Under the pieces are notes generated by a model that did no database searches, was not told the origin of the DNA, and worked only from the letters and a program-made list of their open reading frames with translations. 64,000 nucleotides of DNA from the NCBI GenBank assembly GCA_965223855.1, contig CBDCXM010000009.1, positions 2,368,001 through 2,432,000 of the forward strand. The letters are read 5' to 3'. The stretch's first letter is position 1, and every line of letters begins with the position of its first letter. The position numbers and the translations under genes are program-made. Below are positions 19,612-27,936 of this stretch, piece by piece. This DNA comes from Candidatus Multivoradales bacterium (GTDB lineage Bacteria > Acidobacteriota > Thermoanaerobaculia > Multivoradales > JAHEKO01).

Positions 19612-20976
19612 CTAAGGAACCGTCGTCGACCAGGCGGAGGTATCGCCCGACTCGAAGCCGTCGGAGAAGAGATCGATCGAGAACTTCTGACCCAGGATGT
19701 CGATCCAGTCCTTGCCGAACCCTTTCCAGAAGACGTGGAACTCCTTGTCCCCGGTCGCGAGAACGACCCCTACGTTCTGGTGGCCCGCGGTTCGGGTATT
19801 GACCTGAAATGGGTGTCCCAGGGGGGACCAGTCCGGGCGCAGCCTGTGGGCGACGGCGGCCCTGTCATCGTCGTCGTCGCCGGGTGACCAGTAGCCGCTC
19901 CAGACCACGACATGGCTGCCGTCCTCCAACGTCGCCAGGCTCCAGATGGAGGCGTTCTCGGTGACCAGGAACTCATCGCCGACAGGATCTCCGTCGGCGT
20001 CGTAGGTGCGGGCCGTGAGACCGCCGTGCCTCCAGGCCGCGGTGAATCCTCCCTCGTCATCGAACGTGACGAGCGCGTGAGGGAAGGAGGAGGGGGTCTG
20101 GCTGAGAAAGAACTCGCTGCTCAGGGCCGAACCGTCGTGGGCGTACCTGCGGGCAACGACGTGGTGATCGGTGCTGTTCACGATCTGTGTCCCCCAGGTC
20201 ACGATGAAGTTGTCGCTCCCATCGACGGCGACTCTGGGATTGCGCTGATCGAGCTCAGTCACCTCGTTGACCTGGAACTGCTCCCCTGAGGGGGTTCCAT
20301 CCGGGGCGAAACGACGTCCCTGGATGCTGTATCCCGAGTCGTCGTCGCCGACGGATAACGTTGCGCTCCAGACGACCACGAAACCGCCGGCCGAGTCGGT
20401 GGCGACGTGGGCGACAGCCTGGCGGTCGCCGATGCGCTGGCTCGCGACCTGCTCCTCCCCGAGCGGCAGACCCTCGGCTGAGAACCTGCTCGCATAGACG
20501 GCGGACCCGGCATCCGTGAAGTCGCAACCTCCCTCGCCGCCTTCGTAGGCCACGACGAAGCCGCCGGTCGGCAGGCTTGCTGCGCTCGGACGACACCGCC
20601 GCGAGCCCGACGGCTCCGCGATAGGGAAGTCGTCTCCGTTCGGGGTTCCCGCCTCGTCGAAGAGGCGCGCCCTGAGGCTGCCGGATGAAGTGTCCTGCCA
20701 AACCACCACGAAGCCTTCGGCAATCGTCGTTGCAGTCGGGTAGTTCTGCGTGCCCGCGAGGGTGGTCGGGACCACGAACTCTTCGCCGACCCGGGGCCCG
20801 GTCGCGTCGCCCGCCACGGCGGCAAGCGGCACGGCAAGGAAGATCGCCACGAGCACTCCTGCTCGTGAGGCTCTCCTCCCCCTTGCAGGTCCTCGACTGG
20901 AGTTTCGACAGCACGATTCGGCCGCCCTGCTGAATCGGCCGGCACTCGGGCTCGCTGCACTCAGGTTCGCTCTCAC
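19612..20976 (-). CDS. Exported repeat (beta-rich) protein with C-terminal FSDGFESGD motif (start uncertain)
   Basis: Repeats 'G.P.G..FQVN', 'GGFVVVW'; ends 'DLFSDGFESGDTSAWSTTVP'. Confidence 0.8.
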   Translation of the reverse strand: MRANLSAASPSAGRFSRAAESCCRNSSRGPARGRRASRAGVLVAIFLAVPLAAVAGDATGPRVGEEFVVPTTLAGTQNYPTATTIAEGFVVVWQDTSSGSLRARLFDEAGTPNGDDFPIAEPSGSRRCRPSAASLPTGGFVVAYEGGEGGCDFTDAGSAVYASRFSAEGLPLGEEQVASQRIGDRQAVAHVATDSAGGFVVVWSATLSVGDDDSGYSIQGRRFAPDGTPSGEQFQVNEVTELDQRNPRVAVDGSDNFIVTWGTQIVNSTDHHVVARRYAHDGSALSSEFFLSQTPSSFPHALVTFDDEGGFTAAWRHGGLTARTYDADGDPVGDEFLVTENASIWSLATLEDGSHVVVWSGYWSPGDDDDDRAAVAHRLRPDWSPLGHPFQVNTRTAGHQNVGVVLATGDKEFHVFWKGFGKDWIDILGQKFSIDLFSDGFESGDTSAWSTTVP

Positions 20977-21074
20977 GGTCTGGCCTCCACTCTAGACGCG
21001 CGATTCCCGGTCGAAGTCCGTCACGGTCTCGAGGGAAAGCCTCGCTCGCACCCGCCCATCGGCGCTTCGAGGCT

Positions 21075-22295
21075 TCAGTCCGGTTCGCCGTCGCATCCGA
21101 GCTCGGTGTAGAAGAACATGCACTGACCTTCGGGAAAGTCGTCGGACGGGAAGGTGGTAGGCGCTGCAAGGCCGCCGGTGGGAGTGAGGTTGCCGGCGGA
21201 ATCGGTGTTGAAGATCGCCGCCCTTGGTCGCACCGCGCTCGTTCCCTCGGCCGCCATGGCCTCGCTGTCGACCCAGAAGTGGAGGTCCCAGACCCGTGGG
21301 TGGTAGCGGTCAGGCGACGCGCACATCAGATTCGCGTCCGGGCAGGCGATCGGCGGCGGGTCGAGGGCCGCGCCCGGCGTCGGATCGAGCAGCATCCCTC
21401 CGTCGCCGGTGTGCCATCCGGCTTCGTGCAGGAACCAGTAGTGGTGGGGGATGCACCCTCGCACCGGCCGCGGCACATCGGGGTCGAATGCGAACGACCC
21501 GTAGGCCCAGCCGACGAACTCGTAGGGCTCGTCGGCACAGCTGTCGCACGGCTGGCAGACGCACGGGGGCAGCACCTGGCCCAGTGCACAGGTCGCGGCG
21601 CAGCTCGTGTTGTCGAGCAGGTCGCTGCCGGGAGCGGCCCTGAACATCAGGAGCTCCGGCGTTCCGACCTGGAAGACCGGATTCGGATGGACGAAGCTCA
21701 CGCCCATGCCGTTGATCGTCGCGTAGCCGTGGTTGTTGAGAATGTAGCCCTCCGCGAAGATCTCGCCGAGGGTGGTGATGCCGCCGAAGCGGTCGAAGAC
21801 CGTCTGGTGCATCGCCCGCAGGTAGCTGTCGACATCGGAGGTGCACGTGTCGGAGTCGACGTGGAAGGCGGCGATCTCCGTTGCACCGAGTTCCGTCTGC
21901 TCTCCACCGATCTCCGCGCCGGCCGACCAGCGGAAGCGGATCTCCTGGTTGGGGTGGAACGGCGCCGCCGTCCCGGCGTCGGCCGTGAAGACGAGGGGGT
22001 CGGAGTCCGAACGGCTCGCTGGCACCGAAAAGGACTCGTTGTGCTCGAGCGGACCCACTTTGAGGATCTCGACGACCACGGCGACGTTGTCTGCCACTGC
22101 GTCCCCCGACCCGGCCCTGGTGACGGTTGCGCTCAGAGTGTGCGGCGGTTCGGCGCTCCAACTCGGAGGCGCCGCTTCGATGACCGCGGGGATGTCGGCC
22201 AGCGGACCCAGGTCGTTGCCGCCGCACGAGGGGAGCAGGGTAGTGAGAAGCAGCGCGGCGAGGACGGGTAAAGCACGACTGGGTCTCCAGGACAT
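21075..22295 (-). CDS. Hypothetical Cys/His-rich lipoprotein
   Basis: Lipobox 'LLPSC'; 'GMGVSF', 'PELLMF', 'WDLHFW'; Cys-rich insert. Confidence 0.75.
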   Translation of the reverse strand: MSWRPSRALPVLAALLLTTLLPSCGGNDLGPLADIPAVIEAAPPSWSAEPPHTLSATVTRAGSGDAVADNVAVVVEILKVGPLEHNESFSVPASRSDSDPLVFTADAGTAAPFHPNQEIRFRWSAGAEIGGEQTELGATEIAAFHVDSDTCTSDVDSYLRAMHQTVFDRFGGITTLGEIFAEGYILNNHGYATINGMGVSFVHPNPVFQVGTPELLMFRAAPGSDLLDNTSCAATCALGQVLPPCVCQPCDSCADEPYEFVGWAYGSFAFDPDVPRPVRGCIPHHYWFLHEAGWHTGDGGMLLDPTPGAALDPPPIACPDANLMCASPDRYHPRVWDLHFWVDSEAMAAEGTSAVRPRAAIFNTDSAGNLTPTGGLAAPTTFPSDDFPEGQCMFFYTELGCDGEPD

Positions 22296-22416
22296 GTTCG
22301 GCCTCCGATGGGCTGAGAGCGTGAAGAGTCTGGATCGGCGATTTTCAGGAGCGGGTCTGGACTTTCTCGACTATCAAGTCACGGGAGAGCCGCCCGGGCT
22401 CTCAGCGCCGGCGCCG

Positions 22417-23268
22417 TCAGCCGCCGCCCGAGCGTCGGCTCGGGCTCCCTCCCACGGTGGGCGCACCACTGACGGCGACAGCCAGATTCGCGGCCTGGAG
22501 AGACGGTCGCTCGCCCAGCGGGCCCCACAGGCCCCGGCGCTCGGCAATGGCGAGGTCTTCGAGACTGCGGTAGTAGGCCTGCCGGCTGCAGGTACCGGCC
22601 CGAAGGATGCCGAAGCCGCTTTTGATCACCCGGGCGGTGTAGTCGCGTCCACCGGCCAGGGTGACGGAGACGATGCGGTGACCCTCGCTGTCGCGCAACG
22701 GCGGGTCCTGTTCGGCGAGGCAAAGCTCGGACCCGGGCGTGAGCTCCACCTGAATCGCGCCTAGGGTCGTGCGCCCGAACCAGCCGAGCTGGGGATAGCG
22801 GTGCTCTGTGTCGGGGGCGTCGAGGCAGGAGACGTGCACGGTCTCCGTTTCCAAGTCGGCCTGACCGTCTGCCGACGCCTCTCCAGGCAGGCGGATCTCC
22901 AGGGTTTCGCTGTTCACCAGCCTCACCAGCTGCGCCTGCGCGCACTCCTGAGCGTGCTCAGGGTCCTGCGCGGGCACTTCGGGCCGCGGCGGCAGTTGCC
23001 GTCGCCCGTTCAGGTGCCAGGTGAGGATCGCGCTCGCGGCGAGGTCGACTTCGTGCAGCGGCACCGAGACCAGTGCTCCTCCGCGCTGCTCGAAGAGGAT
23101 CTGCCCCCGGCGCTCGACCCATCCGCCGTCGATCGTCTGCAGGCCGCCGCCGACGTAGACCAGCCACTCGTCGGCTCGGAGAGCGGACGCTGCCGCCAGC
23201 GCCAGGGTCAGGGTCAGAACGGCGACCCCGAGCGACGGAACGGATCGCGGAAGGCGAGTTGTCGGCAT
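22417..23268 (-). CDS. Exported thermonuclease (SNase)-like protein, degenerate active site
   Basis: 'LDAPDT', 'EDLAIAERRGLWG'; signal peptide. Confidence 0.7.
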   Translation of the reverse strand: MPTTRLPRSVPSLGVAVLTLTLALAAASALRADEWLVYVGGGLQTIDGGWVERRGQILFEQRGGALVSVPLHEVDLAASAILTWHLNGRRQLPPRPEVPAQDPEHAQECAQAQLVRLVNSETLEIRLPGEASADGQADLETETVHVSCLDAPDTEHRYPQLGWFGRTTLGAIQVELTPGSELCLAEQDPPLRDSEGHRIVSVTLAGGRDYTARVIKSGFGILRAGTCSRQAYYRSLEDLAIAERRGLWGPLGERPSLQAANLAVAVSGAPTVGGSPSRRSGGG

Positions 23269-23392
23269 GCTCGGATAAGGGTACACGCTCCTCCCCTCGA
23301 GTGGAGGCTCTGTAGACACCGGAGGCCCGTGCGGCAACGTCGATCACACGAGAGGCGGGAAGGAGTGGTGGCGTTGGGATACTCTCGTCGCC

Positions 23393-24373
23393 ATGTGCAC
23401 TCGCGCCCCGGTCGTCGCGCTCCTGTTGTTCGCAACGAGTGGAGCGAGCGTCGCCGAGCTGTCCTCGGAGTCGATTGTGGGAGACCGAGTCGAGCATGCG
23501 GTATGGGGTGTCGCGTTCGATGCACCGGGATATGAACTCTGGGAGCACCCGCTGAGGGGGCAGCCCAACTTCATCGCTGCAGGCAACTTGCAGGTGGATG
23601 GCTGCGAGCTCCATCTCAGCCTTTTCGCTGTCCCGGCCGGGGAGGGAACCACTCCAGACGAGTGTCGGCGGCGTCTTGCCGGCAACCCCGATACTGTGCG
23701 GTCCCAGGGCGGGGTCCTGCTCGAGGAAACGAGCGGCACCCCTGCGATGACCCGTTTCGACCGTCCGATGGAAGGCAGCCTTGTTCAGAACAAGCGCTTC
23801 GGATATTGGGTCCGTGGGCTGACCTGCTTCGAGCTTCATCAGTCCGCGATCGACTGTAGGACTTTCTCCGAACCAACCCGGGCAATTCTCGATTCGTTCG
23901 AAGTGCAGGAGCGTCCGTATGTAGACTTTCTCTCGATGTCCGCTGCGCATGCCTTGGGCAGCGGTCCGGAGGACTGGCGGGTGCATCAGCGCCTCGGCGA
24001 CACGTTCCTGCATCACTCCGAGCCGAGTGCGACGGAGGCTCGTCACTATTACGACAACGCCCTGGCGCTCGCGGGAAGCGCCTTGACGGCCGAGGACCGC
24101 TGGAAGATCCACTCGGGGATCGGCCTTGCCTGGTTGCACGAGGACGATGGTGAGCGCGCGACCACACCGCTCGAACTGGCCCTGGCGGCGACCGAGGGCT
24201 CGGGCCTCCCAGCCGAGATGCGCGAGGAGACGCTCTACAACCTGACATGCGCCCTGGCGCTCTCGGGGCGTGTCGACGAGGCCTGCGCTCGGGCGTCGAG
24301 TCTCATGAGTGGGTTGAACAGGAAGCACCGCAAGAAGAACCTCGAGGACATGCGGCGTGATCCGCAGCTGTAG
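23393..24373 (+). CDS. Exported TPR protein
   Basis: Signal peptide; TPRs; 'YNLTCALALSG', ends 'RRDPQL*'. Confidence 0.75.
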   Translation: MCTRAPVVALLLFATSGASVAELSSESIVGDRVEHAVWGVAFDAPGYELWEHPLRGQPNFIAAGNLQVDGCELHLSLFAVPAGEGTTPDECRRRLAGNPDTVRSQGGVLLEETSGTPAMTRFDRPMEGSLVQNKRFGYWVRGLTCFELHQSAIDCRTFSEPTRAILDSFEVQERPYVDFLSMSAAHALGSGPEDWRVHQRLGDTFLHHSEPSATEARHYYDNALALAGSALTAEDRWKIHSGIGLAWLHEDDGERATTPLELALAATEGSGLPAEMREETLYNLTCALALSGRVDEACARASSLMSGLNRKHRKKNLEDMRRDPQL

Positions 24374-24482
24374 GCACTGCGGGCAGCGGGTTGCATCGAA
24401 GACCTCTGAGGCTGCGCTGTCGCTGGTTTGACGCCGGAGAGAACCCGACGCTCGGTCTCTCGAGTGGCAGGCTTGATGGCCG

Positions 24483-24929
24483 CTACGAGCCCGAGACAAG
24501 GACCGCTAGAAGCCAGCACCCAAGGAGCATTGCCAGGGGGACAGTGAGCACGCCGGCGGTCCAGGCAGCGAGGTAGCCGAGTGCGGGTCGCTTCACGCGT
24601 TCGAAGCTCCCGACGACCTCGGGGTCGACCTTGAATCGATAGCCCCGACGGGGCACGGTCTCGATGAAGCTCGCATCGTGGGCGTCGTCGTCCAGCGCGC
24701 GGCGGAGCTGGCGAACGATCTGATGGGTGCCCGCCTCCCAGTCCGCAAAGGTCTCGCCCCAGACTGCGTGTCTCAGCTCTTCGTGGGTGGTGAGCTGCGG
24801 ATGGCTCTCGAGGAGGCAGCGCAGGACGATCGTCGCCTGGGGGCGAAGGTGCCTCAGCTCGCCGTTGAGTCGCAGCTCCCCCGACCCTGGGTCGAACTCG
24901 AAGCTGCCGAAGCTGAGCCGGCCTTCCAT
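24483..24929 (-). CDS. Small CadC/ToxR-like wHTH regulator with C-terminal TM
   Basis: 'FGSFEFD..GEL', 'LRRALDD', 'FIETVPRRGYRF', terminal TM. Confidence 0.88.
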   Translation of the reverse strand: MEGRLSFGSFEFDPGSGELRLNGELRHLRPQATIVLRCLLESHPQLTTHEELRHAVWGETFADWEAGTHQIVRQLRRALDDDAHDASFIETVPRRGYRFKVDPEVVGSFERVKRPALGYLAAWTAGVLTVPLAMLLGCWLLAVLVSGS

Positions 24930-25048
24930 GCGGTCTGAGCCCACCTTCTTCACCCGAACATCATAGGTCCTGAGGCGGATCAGGGAAACGTCAGAACCCT
25001 CGGGCGGTCGGCAGGCGTACGTTGTGGATCGAGGAGGAGCAAGTGCCG

Positions 25049-25843
25049 ATGCCAGCAACCACGCCGTCACGACCGCACCGACCATGGATTCATGCCGCCA
25101 TTCTCACCGTCGTCGGCTGGAGAGTCGCCGCCTACTACTCGCCCCACCCGGCCGGCACGGATCCGACCGAGGTCCGCGCTGTCTTTGCTTTGATGGGCCT
25201 GTGGTTTGCCGCCTGCGGGGTGTGGGTCGGCTTGCGCGTTCCCGGGCGTTCGGCGGCGGTCTTCGCGGGGTTCGGGCTCGCCGGCGGCCTTCACTGGGGA
25301 GGCCCGTTGGCTTGGGGCTCTGAGGCGGCGCAGATACTGCTGCTCGCCGTCTACGTAGTTGTCAGCACGGCGCTGGCGCAGAGCCTCTTCCTCCACCTGG
25401 CGGTCTGCTTTCCCGAACCGCTTCCCTCCGCTCGCCACCGCGGTTGGCTGACGGTGATCTATCTTCCGGTTCTGGTCGGTGTGGCGTTGCTTGTCGCACT
25501 GCTGTTGTCGCCGACGGCCCCCTGGCTGATGAACGGGGTGATCGCTCTCTTTCCGGTCGGGGTGATCTACAGCCTCGTCGCGGGAGCTGTGTGGATTCGC
25601 CGGTGGTTCCGATCCGGCCGCGAGGAGCGATCGACCGGTGGGTGGCGGTGGGTGGTTCCGGTTCTGGTGGCCTCCTGGCTGCCCCATGCGCTCGTCTCAT
25701 CGATCGGGCCCGTGGTTCCGCCCTACGATGGGCTCTTCGACCTGCCGATGGGGGCGATTCCGGCCGTGTTGGCACTCGCGCTGAACCGGGCGCGAGCAGC
25801 TCCGTACCGGCTGAGCGGGGGCGCGGACACTGGCCCCTCGTGA
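25049..25843 (+). CDS. Polytopic membrane protein (about 7-8 TM)
   Basis: RBS gaggaggag; 'LFLHLAVCFP'; multiple TM helices. Confidence 0.75.
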   Translation: MPATTPSRPHRPWIHAAILTVVGWRVAAYYSPHPAGTDPTEVRAVFALMGLWFAACGVWVGLRVPGRSAAVFAGFGLAGGLHWGGPLAWGSEAAQILLLAVYVVVSTALAQSLFLHLAVCFPEPLPSARHRGWLTVIYLPVLVGVALLVALLLSPTAPWLMNGVIALFPVGVIYSLVAGAVWIRRWFRSGREERSTGGWRWVVPVLVASWLPHALVSSIGPVVPPYDGLFDLPMGAIPAVLALALNRARAAPYRLSGGADTGPS

Positions 25844-25978
25844 AGGGCGATTCCGTCCAGAGAGTACGGGCAGGACGGAAGGTAGACTCGATCGAATTCC
25901 TTCGTTTGTGCCCAGGAACCGGATTCGCCGGCGCCGTGCGTGCGGGGAGCTGGCGAGTCGAAACCGGGAGGTAGCGCC

Positions 25979-27934
25979 ATGAAAGGTGAACGCCCAGGCA
26001 GGTTGACGGCGGGCCTGATTCTCGGCCTCACGATGCTGCTCGGCGGTTGCTTCGAGCAGGAGCTCCAGATCTCGGTGTTGCCGGACGGCAGCGGCACGAT
26101 CACGGTGCGGTCGGTGGTCGCCAGAGCGAGACTCGGGCCGCAGGAGATCGCCGAGTTCTCGGAAGCGGAGGAGGAGTTCGTCGAGCCGCTGCGCACCGCG
26201 GGGGAGAGGTTCGGGCCGGTCGAGCTGGTCGGCATCGAGAGGATCGACGATGGATCACACCTCGGGCACGTCGCCACGTACCGCTTCGAGGACGTCAACA
26301 AGGTGCTGCTGCGCTATCCGGAGCAGGAAGGTCTGAGCGACACCTCGATCTTCCGCTTTCGCTTCACCCCGGGTTTGCCGGCACGTCTCGAGATCACGTC
26401 CCCGCCAACCGACGACGGACCGGACATGAGTGAGTCTCCCGAGATGATGGCCGCGTTCCTCGGCCAGATGGCGGGCTGGCGCCGGCACTACGCGGTGCGC
26501 TTCCCCGGGACGCTGGCCGGCAGCGACGTGGTGCATGTGGCCGAAGATGGGGACGCAACGGTCGTCACCCTCATGGAGCTCGACGTCGACGCCCTGCTCG
26601 GAGATCCCGAGGGGATGGAGCTGCTCTCCGAGACCGGGATGGACTTCCAGATGATGGCGCGGCTCGGAGTGCCCGGGGTGCGGGGGCAGGATCCCGACAG
26701 GCCCACGGTTCTCGACATCCGCTTCGCCGACGAGGCTGCGGCGCTGGCGGCCGCGGAGGCGATGCCGACGGACGTGGTGCCAAGTGGCGAGGCGAGCCCC
26801 GCAAACCGGGCCGTCTCCTGCGACCGCCGCTCGGGGCAGCCGGCGACGATCGGCAGTCACGAGGGGCCGGTGACCGCGGCGACCTTCTCGCGGGACTGCG
26901 AGTTCGTGGCCACCGGCAGTCTGGACGGCACGGCGGCCGTGTGGTCGTACGCCACCGGGGAAGAAATCACGAGGGTGGCGGTGGCGGAGGAGCGCCGGGT
27001 GATGACGGTCGCCTTCTCGCCGGATGGCAGCCGCCTCCTCACCGCCGGCGCGCTCGCGAGCCGTCGCGACCGCATGCCGATCGTCCAGATGTGGGAGGTG
27101 GCGAGCGGAGAGGAGCTGTGGCGGTTCCCGGGGCCCGGGTTCGAGCCGGGCGAGATGACCGACGAGGGGTGGAGCGAGGTCTGGGGACAGTGGTTCGGGC
27201 GCACCTGTAATCGTGCGGGCAGCAGCGGCAACAACCCGCTCTCCTCGAAGAGCCGGGTGGCCGTCGTCCTGTCGCCTGACGGCGAACGGGTGCTGGCGGC
27301 CAGCTACGACGGCACGATCCGGTTGCTCGACGCGGCCGACGGAGCGTCGCTGATGGACTTCGACGTGCCGCGACACGTTGCCCTGACGGCCTCGTTCTCG
27401 CCGGAAGGCGGAACGGTCGCGATCGGCGGTGCCGACGGCTCGGTGCAGCTGTGGTCGACCGAGACCGGCAAGCCGGTCCGGCAGTATGAACCGCATCTCG
27501 CCGCGGTCGCCGCGATCGCCTTCTCTCCGGACGGTGAGCGCCTGCTGACCGCCAGCGAGGATCACACCGCTCGAGTGCTCTCAGCCGGTGACGGGAGCGT
27601 GCTGCGGCAGATCGGCGAGCTCTGCCCCGAGTGGGGCGAGTCTGCCGAGTGGAGCGGGCTGGGCTACTACATGGGCGCTCCCGCGACGAACGCTATGTTC
27701 TCGGATAACGGCCGGAAGATCCTGATTGCACGCGACAGCGCTCACGTGGAGCTGTGGCCGGGTGATTCCGACGACGGAGTGCTTCTGTTCGAGCTGGGAT
27801 TCGACGACTTCTCGCGGCTGAAGCCGGTGACGGCGTTGGCGGTCTCCCCCGATGGTGAGACGTTGCTCTCCGGGGCCACCGATGCTCTGACAGCCAAGCT
27901 GACGTCGGTCGACGAGGGAGACCCCTGGGACTGA
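25979..27934 (+). CDS. WD40-repeat lipoprotein
   Basis: Lipobox 'LLGGC', 'PDGSGTITV' N-domain; WD40 repeats 'FSPDG..LLTAS.D'. Confidence 0.88.
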   Translation: MKGERPGRLTAGLILGLTMLLGGCFEQELQISVLPDGSGTITVRSVVARARLGPQEIAEFSEAEEEFVEPLRTAGERFGPVELVGIERIDDGSHLGHVATYRFEDVNKVLLRYPEQEGLSDTSIFRFRFTPGLPARLEITSPPTDDGPDMSESPEMMAAFLGQMAGWRRHYAVRFPGTLAGSDVVHVAEDGDATVVTLMELDVDALLGDPEGMELLSETGMDFQMMARLGVPGVRGQDPDRPTVLDIRFADEAAALAAAEAMPTDVVPSGEASPANRAVSCDRRSGQPATIGSHEGPVTAATFSRDCEFVATGSLDGTAAVWSYATGEEITRVAVAEERRVMTVAFSPDGSRLLTAGALASRRDRMPIVQMWEVASGEELWRFPGPGFEPGEMTDEGWSEVWGQWFGRTCNRAGSSGNNPLSSKSRVAVVLSPDGERVLAASYDGTIRLLDAADGASLMDFDVPRHVALTASFSPEGGTVAIGGADGSVQLWSTETGKPVRQYEPHLAAVAAIAFSPDGERLLTASEDHTARVLSAGDGSVLRQIGELCPEWGESAEWSGLGYYMGAPATNAMFSDNGRKILIARDSAHVELWPGDSDDGVLLFELGFDDFSRLKPVTALAVSPDGETLLSGATDALTAKLTSVDEGDPWD

Positions 27935-27936
27935 GA

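Noticed and set aside
20942-20971. 15-bp tandem duplication gcactcRggYtcgct
   Set aside because: Only two imperfect copies, no functional evidence
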